Part shown: in pieces, positions 10,890-25,343 of the stretch | How positions within the stretch are numbered: the stretch's first letter is position 1 | How the letters are laid out: every line of letters begins with the position of its first letter | From: Moniliella sp. 'wahieum' | Lineage: Eukaryota | Direction: 5' to 3' | NCBI GenBank assembly: GCA_003971905.1 | Contig: RSEE01000143.1 | Location: 1 to 64,000, forward strand | Length of the DNA: 64,000 nucleotides | Notes under the pieces: model-generated | Databases searched by the model: none | What the model saw: the letters and a program-made list of their open reading frames with translations, nothing else | Told to the model about the DNA's origin: nothing | Position numbers and translations under genes: made by a program

Positions 10890-13337
10890 TCACGGAAAGG
10901 CCAAGCCGGCGGCCAAGGGGTGGTCACGGAAGTACTCGGGCCCATTCTCGAGGTACATAGCGCGTGTGACGCTGGCCTGGGCAAACGCCTGAGGGTCGTT
11001 GCGGATGTAGCGGGCCATGCCGCGCCAAGGATCCCAGCGCGCATGCTCAGCCCGACGCACGTGCACCGGCACGTCGATCGGCTGGGTCATCTGTAGCGAC
11101 CGCCGTAGCCGTTCGTCCAGGTTGGCATACAGCGTGTGCTGGCCCGCTAAGAACACGTTGCTGACCAGTTCGCGTCGCTGCTCAGGCTCAAACTGCCGCA
11201 CGACGTGCGCCGCCAGCTCGTCCAGCCCGGCCTGGTCCACGCCCGATACCAGGCTCGAACAGTACCTCGGCACGCGCACACGCTCAATGTTGAGGTGGAT
11301 CTGGTGCGCGAGCGCCGGGTCAATCGCCGGCACGTCCGAGACGACGCTGTGCCTGAGGTATGGCAGCCGCTTCGGCCTCAGCGCGCGGATGCAGTTGGCG
11401 CCGCGCCACGTCTTCCCACTGGGGCAGGCTGGCGCCACGCAACCACGTCCCCGTCAAACGTGTCCGAGCCGCCCGTTGCGCGCCCAGGTATCCGCCTCGC
11501 TAAAACTCGGATCGAGCGTAAGCAACTTACTCTCCAGCGCTTCGAACGTGCGCAACTCTTCTTCTTCCTCGTCTGAATCTTCCGCACCTTGGATCTCCTT
11601 GTACACGCCCCAGTCATCATCGTCCGCACCAAACGTGTCGTCGTCCCCGCCGCGCTTACGTTTGCCCGGCCCCACCTCGGCGGCCAAATTGGCAATGGAC
11701 TTCATGCGCTGCTGTGCCGCCAGACTCTTACGGTCGTTCAATAGGGCACGACGGTTCCTCCGTTCTTGGATCCGCTGAATCGCTTGCGCATACTCTTCTC
11801 GTACAGCTGCTGCCCACTCGAGTGGGCGTTCGAGCCGCTGCCGTTCTTCAGCCGCAAGCGCTTCTTGCCGCTCTGCCGCTTCCGCCGCCTTTTCCGCCTT
11901 GAGACGCTGCCGCGCATCGTACCCTGCCTTGAGCAACTTTTGCTTGCGCTTTTCCTTGACGCCTTGCTCGTCCAGCGAGTGGTCCGGGACGTTGACGAGT
12001 GGGAAAGTAGGTGGCGCCTCGGCCGGTTGCTCTGGCTCCGGTTCACCCAATTGACGTGCGCGGGCCCTGCGAACGGCAAGTTCGGTCTTTTTGATGCTCG
12101 CCTCGAGGGCTGCCTCGTTGGCAAATCCTTCTTCTTGCAGTCGTGCCACCCATTCGGATTTTTTTTCTTTTGCCTTGGAGTCTCGCAACGCAATCCATTC
12201 CACCAACCGATCTTCTTTTTGCTGTACCTTTTCTGCGCGTAGTTTGGCCGCCTGTTCCATCAGACGTTGCGTCGCGATCTTTTTGCGCGCTTGGGCGTCG
12301 CGCGCTTTTTGCTCGGCCATAGCACGCTCTTCCTCCGTAGGCTCGATCCGCGTCATGTGGCCATCCGCATGGATCAGATTGGTGCTACCGTCGGCATTGG
12401 TCGAATAGGGCAACTGCAGGACCACGTCGCGCTCCAGTATTCCCGCGGGCGTAGCACACGCTTCCAACTCCGCATCGTAGTCGCTCGCCACGTACGTGTA
12501 CTTCTGCACCATGAGTGTCGCTTGGGGCAGCGTGATGCGCACGGGGAAATCAAGGTACTTGAGTTGAATCAATTTGAGCATGAGCGCACTGGCGTTCGCT
12601 CCGCCCCAACTGAGACGTCGACTGTGGGGCAAGATGGCACGGCCTTGCCACAAAGGAATGATCTGGGTAGATCCATGTCCTGAACCAACCACCAACCCCG
12701 TCCGAACATCGTTTTGGTACGCGCAAAATAACGCGTCGTGGCCATACGCGATACTCGGCACGCCGTACGTCTCGAACCACAGTTCCGACATCATCCCACG
12801 ACTAAACCGTGGGTTGAGCAAAGTCTCCGTCATCAAGATAGGCGAATGCACTCCTTCGGAAACACACGCCCAACCGCGTCAAGGTCGCATCCACCACATT
12901 CTCCACCGTATCAAAACTCGTCACAATATCCCCATCGTACGGCGTCTTGAGGTTCGCACGCGACTGCGCATCCAAGTACGCATCTTGCCCTGCAAGCACA
13001 ACGTTGATCTGCCGCTTGCGCTCCCGGAAACGCGAAACAACGTTGGGGAAGTAGGTCTGCGGCCAGGCGTAGGGCCCTTGGTCCGTGCTGAAGCTGGAGC
13101 TGAACCGGGAGTTGGTGGGGGAGCTTGAGTTGGAGCCGGTGGTCGGGGTGCTCGGGGTGGTCGGGGTGGCGGGGACGTAACCAGCACGGACTTCGGATGC
13201 GCCAAAGTCGATGGCGAGCGGGGCGGCGTGGTCGGGCCCAAAGGCAGGCAGCGGGTGGCGGGCGAGGTAGGCGTCGAGCTGTGGGTCGGGCGTGTACCAC
13301 GGGGGTCGAGCGGGATGGCGTGCACGCGCTCCGACAT
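10890..13337 (-). CDS. ARP5: Actin-related protein 5 (INO80 complex); frameshifted
   Basis: LAIDFGASEVRAG; HSPILMTETLLNPRFSRGMMSELWFETYGVPSIAYG; RRLSWGG; DRKSLAAQQRMKSIANLA; DDTFGADDDDWGVY; QIHLNIERVRVP; YLENGPEYFRDH. Confidence 0.95.
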
Positions 13338-13397
13338 GGCCAGCAGTGATGGCGGGGTGGGTAGGACGAGGGGGAAGGCGAGGGGGATGGGGGAGAC

Positions 13398-13486
13398 GAT
13401 GGAGATGGAGATGGAGATGGAGATGGAGATGGAGATGGAGATGGAGATGGAGATGGAGATGGAGATGGAGATGGAGATGGAGATGG
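13398..13486. repeat. (GAGATG)n microsatellite just upstream of ARP5
   Basis: About 14-15 perfect hexamer copies. Confidence 0.95.
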
Positions 13487-13887
13487 CAATTAATTCCAAC
13501 TCCAACTCCAAAGCCAAAGCCGTCCATAGCAACGCATTGCACATTGCAATTTCAATTTCCAGATGGTCGATGGCTCGGCGCTTACCGTAATCGATACGCG
13601 ATACTCGATGGGACGCAGTCGTGCCTAGCCTGACTAGGCTGACTAGCGACTTGCGATCAGCGACGCGAAGGCAAGGACTAGGACAAGTTCAACGATCAGA
13701 CCATCCTACGAGTACGAACGTCTACATCCAGCCTCGCGAGGGACGGGGCGAGGTGGTACGAGATGCAAAGCCCACGAGGGGGGGGGGGAGGGTTGAGAGC
13801 GGAAGCGGAAGCGGAAGCGGAGCGGAAAGGGGAGGGCAAGGGAAGGGAAGGGAAGAGGGACGAAGACAAAGGCAGGGAAAGGCAGAG

Positions 13888-13948
13888 AAAGGGAAAGGGA
13901 AAGGGAAAGGGAAAGGGAAAGGGAAGGGGAAGGGGAAGGGGAAGGGGG
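13888..13948. repeat. (GGGAAA/GGGGAA)n purine microsatellite
   Basis: About 10 hexamer copies. Confidence 0.9.
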
Positions 13949-14452
13949 AGTTGAGGGGCGGGACAAAGAAACACACACACGAGAGCGGAAGAGAGAGGTA
14001 GAAAGGGGCAGGGCGGGGGGAGAAGCAAGCACGGAGGGGGGCGGGGGGGGAGAGCATAGGTGAGAGTGTGAGAAGGCGGAGCAGAGGGAGAGGGAGAGAT
14101 AGTGGGAAAGGGAGCAAGAAAAACACAGACAGAGACAGAGGGAAAAGCGACGCCAAGCGAGGAAGCATATACACTGTGAGAGCCAGTCGTACCGCACCAA
14201 TGTGGCTTCTCTGACCCCGTCCGTCCCTCGTCCCTCGTCTCTCGTACCTCGTACCTCGTCCCTGGTACCTCGTTCCGCAGCCAGCCGCACACACGTGCTT
14301 CCGCCTGCGTGACGCAACCTCACACCCCGCCCCCCGCCTCTTTCGCCCCCAAAAACCAGACACCGCACCACCACACAACCGCACACAACGACGCAGCCCA
14401 GCTGCCCGGCGCAGAGCTCAGAGCTCAGAGCTCAAAACTCGAGCTTCAATTT

Positions 14453-15605
14453 TCAGAGCTGGGTGGCATTTTGGAGCCTGCGCCGTTCCTCCTCCACGCG
14501 GCTGTGGAGCATATTGACAGCCAATTGAATCGCGGCCGGCGGACCGGTAATCGTCACGAGACGTTCCGGTTGGCCCGACGGATCGGTAATCTTAATGTGG
14601 GTTCCGGAGGCTTGCCGAATCTCATTGATCTTCGAACCGCCTTTACCAATCACCGAACCGACCAGGTCGTCCGGAATGTAAATTTGTTGCGACTGGCTTC
14701 CGGGCGGAGGCACGCCGCCTGGTCCACCACCGCCCATACGAGGTGCACCAGCATTGCCCAACCCGCCGGCAGAAATCGAGTAGGGCCCCGTAGGTCCACC
14801 ACCAGCTGCACCCGCATTGGCATAGTACCCTCCACCTGGGGCACCTGTACCCGCCACACCGGCCCCAGAACCGTACACGGACCCTGAGGCTGCAGACGAG
14901 GCTCCAGGACGGTACTGGATGTTGGAACTAACGCCCCGATTGGTTGTCAGCCAACACGGCACCAACATAGTACACGGCAATGTGCACCGCGCCGCCACAC
15001 CCGTGATGGACAACATGCGCTCGGTCGAACCAGGCAGCATTTGCTCGCCTGCCTGCAACCGTGCGCCGGAAGCTTCTTGGATCTCCTTGATCTTGGACCC
15101 GGCCTTGCCAATCACGACCCCATACGTGCATTCGGCACAATAAAGCGTACCGTGTACGCGCGCGAGCCAGGCAACGACGGCTGGAGGAACGGCTCGTCGT
15201 TGATCCGGCGCACGAGTAGCCCAAAGGCGCGCGAAACCGCATCGAGCGGACCCGAGGCGGTCAGAATGCGTTCCTGGCTGTTGGGCACCGAGGGCGTGAT
15301 CATCAGTCGCGCACCCGACTCGGTACGGATCTCGTTGATGTGCTTGCCGCCCTTACCAATGATGATGGACGCGTCGGGGGAGAGGATGAGCGCACGGAGC
15401 GCAACGTGCGCCGACGGCGGCGACTCCGAGTCGGGCGCGGCGCAGCACTGCTCGCGGCCGCCTGGGCCGCAGCAGCCGCAGCAGCGCCCGGGGCGGCAGC
15501 CAAGTCGGCGGTGTCGAGGTCGTGGGGCTCGAGCAGGGCGTCGGCAGAGGCGTCGGGCGCGATGGGGCTGGCGTCGCCCATGACGAGGTCGGGGTGGACA
15601 GACAT
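14453..15605 (-). CDS. Three-KH-domain RNA-binding protein (hnRNP K/Pbp2/Rnc1-like); frameshifted
   Basis: Three GxxG KH loops (IIGKGGKHINEIR, VIGKAGSKIKEIQEASGARL, VIGKGGSKINEIRQASG), plus ERILTASGPLDAVSRAFGLLVRRINDEPF. Confidence 0.92.
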
Positions 15606-15819
15606 GGCGGGGGGGCTAGGCAGATCGCTGCGTGGTGCTGGGCAGGACGCAGGCGCGGCGGGGACGACAAACGCCGACCAGGGCGGGCCGCGCGCCGGCA
15701 CAGTGCCCGCGTGCCCTCCTGCTTACCTCAGCCGCGCCCGCCGCCGCCGCCCGCCCCGCACGGCGCCTGTGTGTCGTGGCTGCGCGGGGGGAACGCCCGG
15801 TCTGTGCACCCAACCCTAG

Positions 15820-16734
<915 letters not shown>

Positions 16735-17251
16735 TCCGCTCGGGCTCTTGTCTTGGTCTTGGTCTCGGTCTCCTCCCATCTGGGTCCATGCCTGATCGTC
16801 GCTTGGTCCACACTTGATCCAAACATGGGTCTATACGTGGGGGGGGCATACGCATTGCTCCGGTAGCCAACTTATCATCGTTTTGCACACATCTCGCCTC
16901 GCTGCCTCGTTATGGGTGTCTGTCTCTGCATCTGTTGCTGTGGATGTTGCTTGTGGTCTGAGTGGGAGTCGACGTCTACGTCTGGGTGGGAGCGTGGGCG
17001 TGCGTGGGCCCGGGCGGGTGGATAGATGGGCATCTCGCGAGAAGTCTTTGATAAGTGGACCCAACGAAACCAAGACGGATGATGTCATCGTAGCTAAGCC
17101 AGCATGCGACTGGGCGGCGCCGCTTGCTTGTGCTTACCTCAGCTAGGCGCGGAGCTAACTAACCCTCAGCCCTCTTGAGCCCTCAGCGTTCATACTCGCT
17201 GCCCCTCCCCCCCCCTAACCACCACCACATCCACCACCACCACTACCCAGC

Positions 17252-17855
17252 ATGTCCCACCCGCCGCTCACATCTTTGGCTCGCCCACATCCGGCAACTG
17301 CAACAAAGTGTACCTGCTAGCGGCGCTGCTGGACCTGCCCTACGAGCTGCACCCCATCTCGACCGCCCAGGAGGGCGGGACGAACCACACCGACAGTTAC
17401 CTGCGGATCAACCCGCGCGGGCAGATCCCTTCGCTGCAAGTCGGTCGCGACGGCGAGGAAGACACGTTTATCCTCGGACAGCGCGGCGATCTTGGTTGTA
17501 ACTAGCGGGCCAGCGGCCTGAGAAGCAAATGTGGTCCACTGACGTGCGGGAACAAGCGGCTATCACGGACTGGCTTGCATTTACCGCTGGTTGGGTCACA
17601 CAGGGACTACAACAAACGCGTTTTTTGACCCTGCACGCTCCAAAGGACGATCCGTTTACCCAGCTTGCGCTTCCCAGGGCACAGGCGCTCGCTCACCGTG
17701 CCCTCGCCCTGCTCCAAGCCCACCTTACTGCCCACACGTGGCTCGCGCTCGACCGCCTCACCATCGCCGACGTCGCGGTCTGTCTACGTCGCCCTGGCGC
17801 CATGGCCGGTATCGACTTGGATTCTTACCCTGCCGTACAGGAGGGGTACAAGTAA
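17252..17855 (+). CDS. Glutathione S-transferase, bacterial-type subfamily (SGNC motif); frameshifted, 3' end approximate
   Basis: SGNCNKVYLLAALLDLPYE; YLRINPRGQIPSL; DSAAILV; AITDWLAF; HLTAHTWLALDRLTIADVA; YVALAP-AGIDLDSYPAV. Confidence 0.88.
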
Positions 17856-20800
17856 CGTTCCCTCCCCCGGCCGGGGCCGCCGTGCCTGGCAAAGACGCCA
17901 GGGTCGCCCACTTTGATCCAAGGCTTGCTGCCTGCATGCATGAATGTATCCCTCTCTAGGCACGTTTTTGCTGTAGGCGTGAGTTGGATTGTGTTGTGGT
18001 TATGGTTGTCTTATCTTTATCTTTGTGCCTGGGGTGGGGGTGGACTCTGCTCTCGCACCCACCACGCACCACGATGGGCATGGATCGAGGACTGTCTTAA
18101 CTTTGAAGCTTGAAGCTTGAAACTGGAGCTGGAGCTTGCAGTCGCAATCGCAGTCACTTGCCTGGGTCGCACCTTGCGCCCATGGTATGGTTGGTGTCGT
18201 GCGAGCATGCTACGGCTATAACCCCGTCGCCCGATCTCAGAGAGATCTCAGGTCTCGGGTCTCACGGCCGCAGCGGATGAAGGGGATGGATGGCCGGTGA
18301 GGGGGGAAGCGTTGTGCTTGGGGGCTTTCTAATATAGCTTGGAGCTTGGGCCGAATGGCACGCACCGTCTCCACCGCGCGAGAACAGCACTCTCACCGAG
18401 AGAATGTACTTCTTCCCAATACTACCCGCCACTGTACGAAAGGCGCAAGTGCTCAGGTGCCTGTGCTGTGCCTTGCTCGTCGGTCAACGCGCGCCCAAGG
18501 AGGTAGCAATAGGCTCACGATAAGACAGCGAGGTTTGTATAGTACGACGAGGAGATCAGTAGCGACTGAGGTTTGTATAGTACGAGTCAATAATCCGCTG
18601 TGGTGAGCTCCTCCACCGCAGCCACATGCTCATCCCCATCTTCGTCCTCGTCCTCGCCAGATTACCTCGACCACCGCGCTCGGATGTACCCTCCCTCCCA
18701 CTGGGTGCCCAAATGGGCACGCGTCGATCGGGTTATGGATGCTGCATGCTACATGCGATCGATACTATGCTCCCGGATGAAGACACACTGCAACAAGACG
18801 CACCCTCCGGAAACGCACTGACATACTACGTCGAGTCCTGTACCATCATTCGAACTCGAGCGTATCTTGCGCGTGTACAGAATAGAGATGTGGATGCTTG
18901 ACGCTGGACGCACCCCGCGAATCCAAGCGAGCTCGATAAGGGTTTCGTGCACGGCCAATGCTCGGCGACGCGGTGGAGGGGTGTACGTGATTAGTGACTC
19001 TGCCCGTGAGTACTGAGTCTTCAAGCTTCAAGCTCCACGCAGCACCAACTACCAGATACCAGCTATACCACCCTTGCTTCTGTCCCCGCCGCGTCCGCCT
19101 GGCCACCACGTCCAGCTCCAGCACCACCTCCCCTCTGACACTCCCACCACACACCACAGCATACTATCCTTGCCGCCGTGCCGTGCCGTGGGATGGCACC
19201 CCCCCGCCCTCGGAATCAGACAGACGCACGAGACGCCCCACGCCGCCCAGCCGCTCCGTCGAGCTGGCGGTGGTCATGGTCATGGCGATGTGGCGGTAAC
19301 GACAAGCACCTGCCCCCTGGACCTGCCACCAACCTCAGCGCTAGCCATGTCTGCCACGTTAGCCCCGCGCCCTTGCCCCACAGCACGCTACCGTTTAGTT
19401 TAGGTATTCCCTCTCTTCCTCCCCCCTGCGTCCTTCTCCCGCTCCCTCGCTGAGCCCAGTCCCAACCACCCATCATCCAAACACAGTACGCCCAACGCCT
19501 AGTATCGCCAGTACCACCAGTACCATCAGTACGCCAGTACCACCAGTACCACCAGGCCCCATGTCCATCTCGAAATGTGGCAAGGGTGGTGGTGAGCCGA
19601 CGGTGACCATGGCCCCCCTGGGGTAGGGAGCACCTTTTGTTCGCCTTGCCCCCCTGCCCCTCTCGCTCGCCAGGAAGAACAGGAAGAAGGAAGCACAGGG
19701 CGAACAGGAAGATCCAAGGCGGCAAAGAGCGGTCGGCGATACGTGCGGCAGAGCGAGCTGCGGCGTCACGGGCGGGGTGGCGGTGGTGAGGGAGATGGTG
19801 CTTCGAAGCCATTTCCCTGGCGTGGTGTATATACAGCTTAGACGTTGCTGCACCAAAAACGGATCTTGTTCTGACCACAGCCCCAACCCCACAACCAGGG
19901 GTAATTCTTCTCTTTCTTGTTCTCTTTGTGTAGCCCCACACCTGGTCCGATCTGAATCACTCGCTTCGTCTCACCCAATCCTCGGACTCTTCTTGGCAAA
20001 AACACCCGATGTAACAGGAGATGGAGATGGGGGAAAGGATAGAGATCATATTCATCGAGTGGCATGGGAGCGAGGTATATACCTCGGAGGAGAGGAGGAC
20101 AAGTGAGCTGAGTCACACGGAGAAAACAAAGGGGAGCATAGACCAAAAGGGGAAACAGGGTCTAGAACAAAACAGGGTCCAGTCAATCTGGTGAGCATCG
20201 GTGACCAGGTGAGTCTGATTCCGACACAATGTGAGTATACGCACATGCCTTTTCCTTTCCTCTTTTGTCCTTCTGTCCTTCTGTCCTTCTTCTCTTCCGT
20301 TCCCGTGGCTGTCGCACCCCGTCTCTATCGCCTACTACTGTGCGTGGCCTCTGCGTGAACCGTGGGTGCTCGACCAACGAACCTAGCGTGTCCTACACCT
20401 CACCACCGTCTTTTCTTGGCCTCCTGGCCGTAGCCCATTGGTCCTTCCACCTAGCCCTCTTGGCCCACAGCCACGTAGCGACCACGCCCTCCTCTACACC
20501 CTGCCACCACCTCCCTCCATCGCCTCCCTCGTCGCGGCCCTGTATTTGGAGGTCCACCGTCCTGCTCATCGCTCACCTCTCGTCCCTCGTCGTTGGCGTT
20601 CCATACTACATGCTCCACCACCATTGTCCTTACCCCTCGCCTCATTCACCCCATTCGCATCACCCCGCCGCGCCTCCGCCCTTGCTCTGGCTCCTACCCA
20701 TCGTCACACCCATCATCACCGTCAATGCTGACGCGACAGGTCGCGAAGAGATGTGATAGCACGTATTACGCAGCGGGCCGGCCTGGCATGCATGGGCCAT

Positions 20801-23289
20801 GGGCCTAGCCATAACTATGGCCAGCTACGTTCTGCTGGGAATCGGTATCCTCACCTCTCTCTCTCGCTCTTGGTATGCTACTTGTCCTGCCTCCTTGACT
20901 CGCCTCCCCCCTCGATGCAGTACTTGTTCACGCCCAGGCCGCCCCTCGGGCCTTATGGATAAACTTCCTTGCCTTGATTCATCTTTTGTACCTCTGTCTC
21001 TCGTAACCGTCTCCGACTACGGCTACGTCTACGACTACGACTACGACTACGACTAACACCGAGAGGGGGTCGACGGGGAGGTCCTGCGCACTGCGTGCTG
21101 CGTGCTGAGTGCTGCATGCTGCACCGCGTGAGAACCAGAACCGTCCCAGGTAGGGAGCTTTTGTTCGGCCAACCTGGTGCCCACGTAACTACGCAGCCTC
21201 ATTGTGGCCCTGATGAGGGGGAACCGCGATGCAAAGCGCGGGCATGGGTGTTGCAGTTGGCATTGTTCTGGGTAGTGTGGAACTGTGCTGCCGCTGTCCG
21301 ACACGGCGCCCACAAAACACAAAAACGCGGTGCCTGATGCTGGCCCGTGCGGTCCACCTCGGCTTTGGCGCCCTGAGTTTAACTTTCCCTTGCAGTGGGC
21401 CCGATGGATGGCCATGGTCGGCATGGCCGCCACAACCGGATAGCCACCAACCGGATCGGGATGACCTTCGCCTTCCATGCCTCCGCCCTGCGCTCTGCGC
21501 ATCACGGTTGCGTTGACGTTGGCTCTCCGCTTGCCCTGGATAGTACGGGCTCGTGATGGGCCGTATATGAGCGCCCGACGGCGGCAGGGTTCGTCTCGGG
21601 CACCTACCTTGCTGGTTGCGCCGGATTTGGGGGAGACTACTAGATGCGCAGAAGCGCCCATGGGACCACACCGTCCGGGACAGAGGCACGCGTGCGGAAA
21701 GCGAGGCAGGAAGGCAGAGGAAGAGAGGTCGCGAGCAGGCATCAGGGAGTAATTAGTACCTGTCATGGGGCGAGCCCCGAGGGGGTGAAAGCCCTTGGAC
21801 AAGGCATTAGAGAGTTACGTACGTTAGGTCCTGTGGTTGAACCGAGCGGGAGTAGAGGCAAGGAGAGACCCTTTATAGTTTGGGGGCTGCCTGCGTGCCA
21901 GCAAAGGCCGCAGCTCAGACCCTCGAGGTAGGAGCCGTGTTCGTAAGTCGTAAGACCAATTGAAGGGGTCCAGGATGTCCGAAGTTATCTCCGTTCCTCG
22001 CGGCGTTACCATTCGGTACGCTGTAGTTGGGGGAATAGACAGAGTCAAGGAAGAGCAAGCGCTACTGATGAGAGTAACCGCGGCTTGCAGAGTACTCGAC
22101 GTAAGTCGGTAAATTTCCCCTCAGGTGCGTCTTTTCCAAGTAGAGTTTTGTACGTCACGTTGTCCCAGTGGGATGCCTCTCCCCCCCCCCCCCCCCCGCA
22201 AGTGCGAAACGGCTTCAGTCACGGCACCTACGAAATGGCTTCAGGGCACGGCGCCGGATTATATACCGGGGGACCACAACCAGATTTGGCACATAGTAAG
22301 CCTTCCGCCTCCTCCCTACTTTCACAGGTGACGTTGTATGCCATGGCGCAGACGAGGAGTGCGACTTAGTCTAGCACATGCCATATTATTCCTTTACTAA
22401 ATTCTGGGATATGTAGGGCACAGATTAACCTCGTTGAGAAGAAATGGGAGCCGGGGAATAAGATAGGGGTTATCAGCTATGGTCGCAAATACGTGTCGCT
22501 TGTTGGAGTCAAGGAAAATTGTTGAAGTGGAGTGAACGAAAAGCATTCAAGGTGCCTTTTCCGAAAATCGTGATTCTTTTTAGCTTGCTGGTGTTGGAAA
22601 GGCCATGAAGCAAGGCCCCATACAGTGTTAATTCGGGCTACCTAGGGGGTTGAGCAGTAGTTCGTCCTTGCGCTTGCTACGCCACATGAACGGACAGATT
22701 CCGTATGATACACCCTGGGCTAACATGAAGTCATGTTCACCACACCAAACAGACATTGTGAGAAATGATTTCAACACTTGATCTAAAAACCCAAGACCTT
22801 TTCGACTCCAGACATTTCAATGTCCCGTTCAACGATCATGTGCTAAACAGCCTACAGAAGCAGAATACTTCTACAACTGAATGTCCATGAGTCTTGACAA
22901 AAACTGGAAATGAGAACGACATGAGCGAAATCATGGCCTAGCTAAATGAGGAATGCTTACGGCGTCTAGAAGTCGATCATTCTGTTGGAGACGCCGTGGA
23001 TGTGCGAAAAATGCGAAGGGTTGCATCGTTAACCCCAGAGTGAGTGCACTCTGCATTAACGCAACTATTGATCCATTACAACGGTGACCAAACTTCTTCT
23101 GAACCTAGTCGTAATGGCCCCGGGCGGATCTGATTTTATGGCCTTGTGGTGTCATAACGATGGGGCGCTACCGATCACTCATCGCATTATAGTCCTCCCT
23201 GTATTCTATCACTCTATGCGCATGATGTTTCTAGATCTATAAAGTGTATGACACCCGACCCCGTCCCCAGCATCCATAACGAGAAGGCC

Positions 23290-23560
23290 GAGAGGTACTC
23301 ATTCAGGTCCGCGAATCAGTTGGCTAAGAAATCGACAAGGTGGACACTTTTTTGAATGGCTGTCCCGAAGTTAATCAGGTGTAAATTAATTGGCCAAAAC
23401 AAACGGAACGAGCAGTTACAACTTTGTGGAGGGTCGGGAAGCATGTTGTTGATTGTGTATTGGATAGCATAGAATCAGCGAGGGAGGGTGATATTCCTTC
23501 AATGGTAAGATATCTCTTGCATTCCTCTTCGTATGTGTCCCCAGGATTGTAGGGGAGCAT
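23290..23560 (-). mobile_element. Possible decayed hAT-type transposase dimerisation-domain remnant
   Basis: EEECKRYL...TTCFPTLHKVV loosely resembles hAT E..YL...FP.L..LA, inside a stop-rich, lower-GC island. Weak match. Confidence 0.2.
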
Positions 23561-25343
23561 ATGTGCTCTTCAGTAGAAGAGCAAATGCAGTTGAAAACGA
23601 AATAATACGCGGCCGAGGGTAGGCGGATGCTGTTACTTGCGAGGATGGGTGAGGGTACTTGATCCTACGTGCGCACGGGGTTGAATTTGTAACATGGCGC
23701 GGATTGAGTCTCCACAGTGAGGCGCGTCCTGACTACAATCCCTTGGTGGAATGTCTCTAATGTTCTCGGTCTGTGATATTCTATTCTGATGCACACGAAG
23801 AGTCGCGGCTACAGGTATTCATCAACCGCCGTCTGAATACTAAACACTGAAGTGTACAGTTTGCGCTATCTCACAGTGCTCCAAACTCAGACACAATTGT
23901 CTGGACGCCCCAATATACAATTCAGGTTAGATTCCTTGCATGAGTCCACAGTAGACAATTCCATTGATATGCTAAACTCAGAGTAGCTGGTACGTGTTCT
24001 GGTTTGTTTGGTTAATGCGAACGTCCATATTTCTGGGATATACCTAATTCCGGAGTAAGCCCTTGCCCTGATGCTTCCATCGGGAAACCAAGCTCCAATA
24101 TCAGTAACAGCGAAGACAGAATAAAAAACATAATGGGCCGGTGCTTCCAGTTCATATTTAAACAGAGCTGCAGTCGTCCGAGGATATTGATAGTTCGGCT
24201 AATGATGCCCGAGTGTGTCAATGACGGATTCGATGACCGGCAAAGAGAGAAGTCAGTAAGTAAGAGTACAGGCATGCATATTTCATGTGCCCAGCATAAA
24301 AAAAACCGCCTCAACCGGGTAGCTATCATAGTACTACGCATCGACATACCTGCATCAGGGCAAAGTGATCCACCGTTTCTCTTGCACGATAAGACCACGT
24401 GAAAGCCATTGCCATGGACTATGATATCCATTTGGGTTCCCGCAACAGAGCCCCATCTCGAGTGGTTGTATAGTCTCCATGGTTCCTTCTATACTCTCTT
24501 TTCCGCAATTGCATGCTAGTATGTTATCGGCGCGTTCATGCACGATTGATTGAGACGCTCTCCAATTTCTCCTCTGAACCTACTACTCGTGTTTGTCCAC
24601 GAACATTGGTAACCTGTTGCGCACTGTTGCAGCGAAAAGTTACGCAGCGATTGGCATTACATTTTGTAATATCTTTACTATTCTTCGTTTTCCCACCAGG
24701 ACCAAATCATTATTTCCCATTGCTCATGTATGTTCTTGTAGAGACAGGTATTTATTTTCCTCTACAGCAAGAGCAGTCTATAAGCGACCTGCGCTGGACG
24801 CTGTCTTCGGCGATAGTGTCATCGCCCATATAAGGCTATCCCCAGGTACGCAGCATCAATTTATTTGCACATTCTTATGTGGTCCAGTAGTTCTGATGGA
24901 ATGGGTCCAGTGAAATGCACATCTTCATCTCGCTCCTCGAAGACGAGACCAAATTTGTTCTATTACCCGATGCGCGTTTATATACGAACACCCTCGATAG
25001 CTGCTAGATATGAAAACCTCCCTAGCCTGGATATAGAGCCTTTATATCCTGCGTATGAGAATTGGCATATAATGGTTGAGTTAGTCATTGCTATGAAGAA
25101 AATGGGGATGATGCCCATGTTCGTGGAAGCAGGCGGTCCTGTGGCGAGGACAGAATGGCACACAAAGATAAACGAACGGACTCATGTAGCACTACTACAG
25201 CGGTCAGTTGCTGAACGATAGCGTTACTGGCATTTGGTCCTCTTAATAAGCACAGGGGACTCGATCTTCCAGCTTGCTGCCGACAGGGACGGGTACATGT
25301 ATCCTTGGTCCGTTGCTTTCCTCCTATTCTCTTTTTCAGAGAC

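Noticed and set aside
18626..18901. Pheromone precursor (CTII resembles CAAX)
   Set aside because: The motif is not followed by a stop, and no receptor or homeodomain genes lie nearby.
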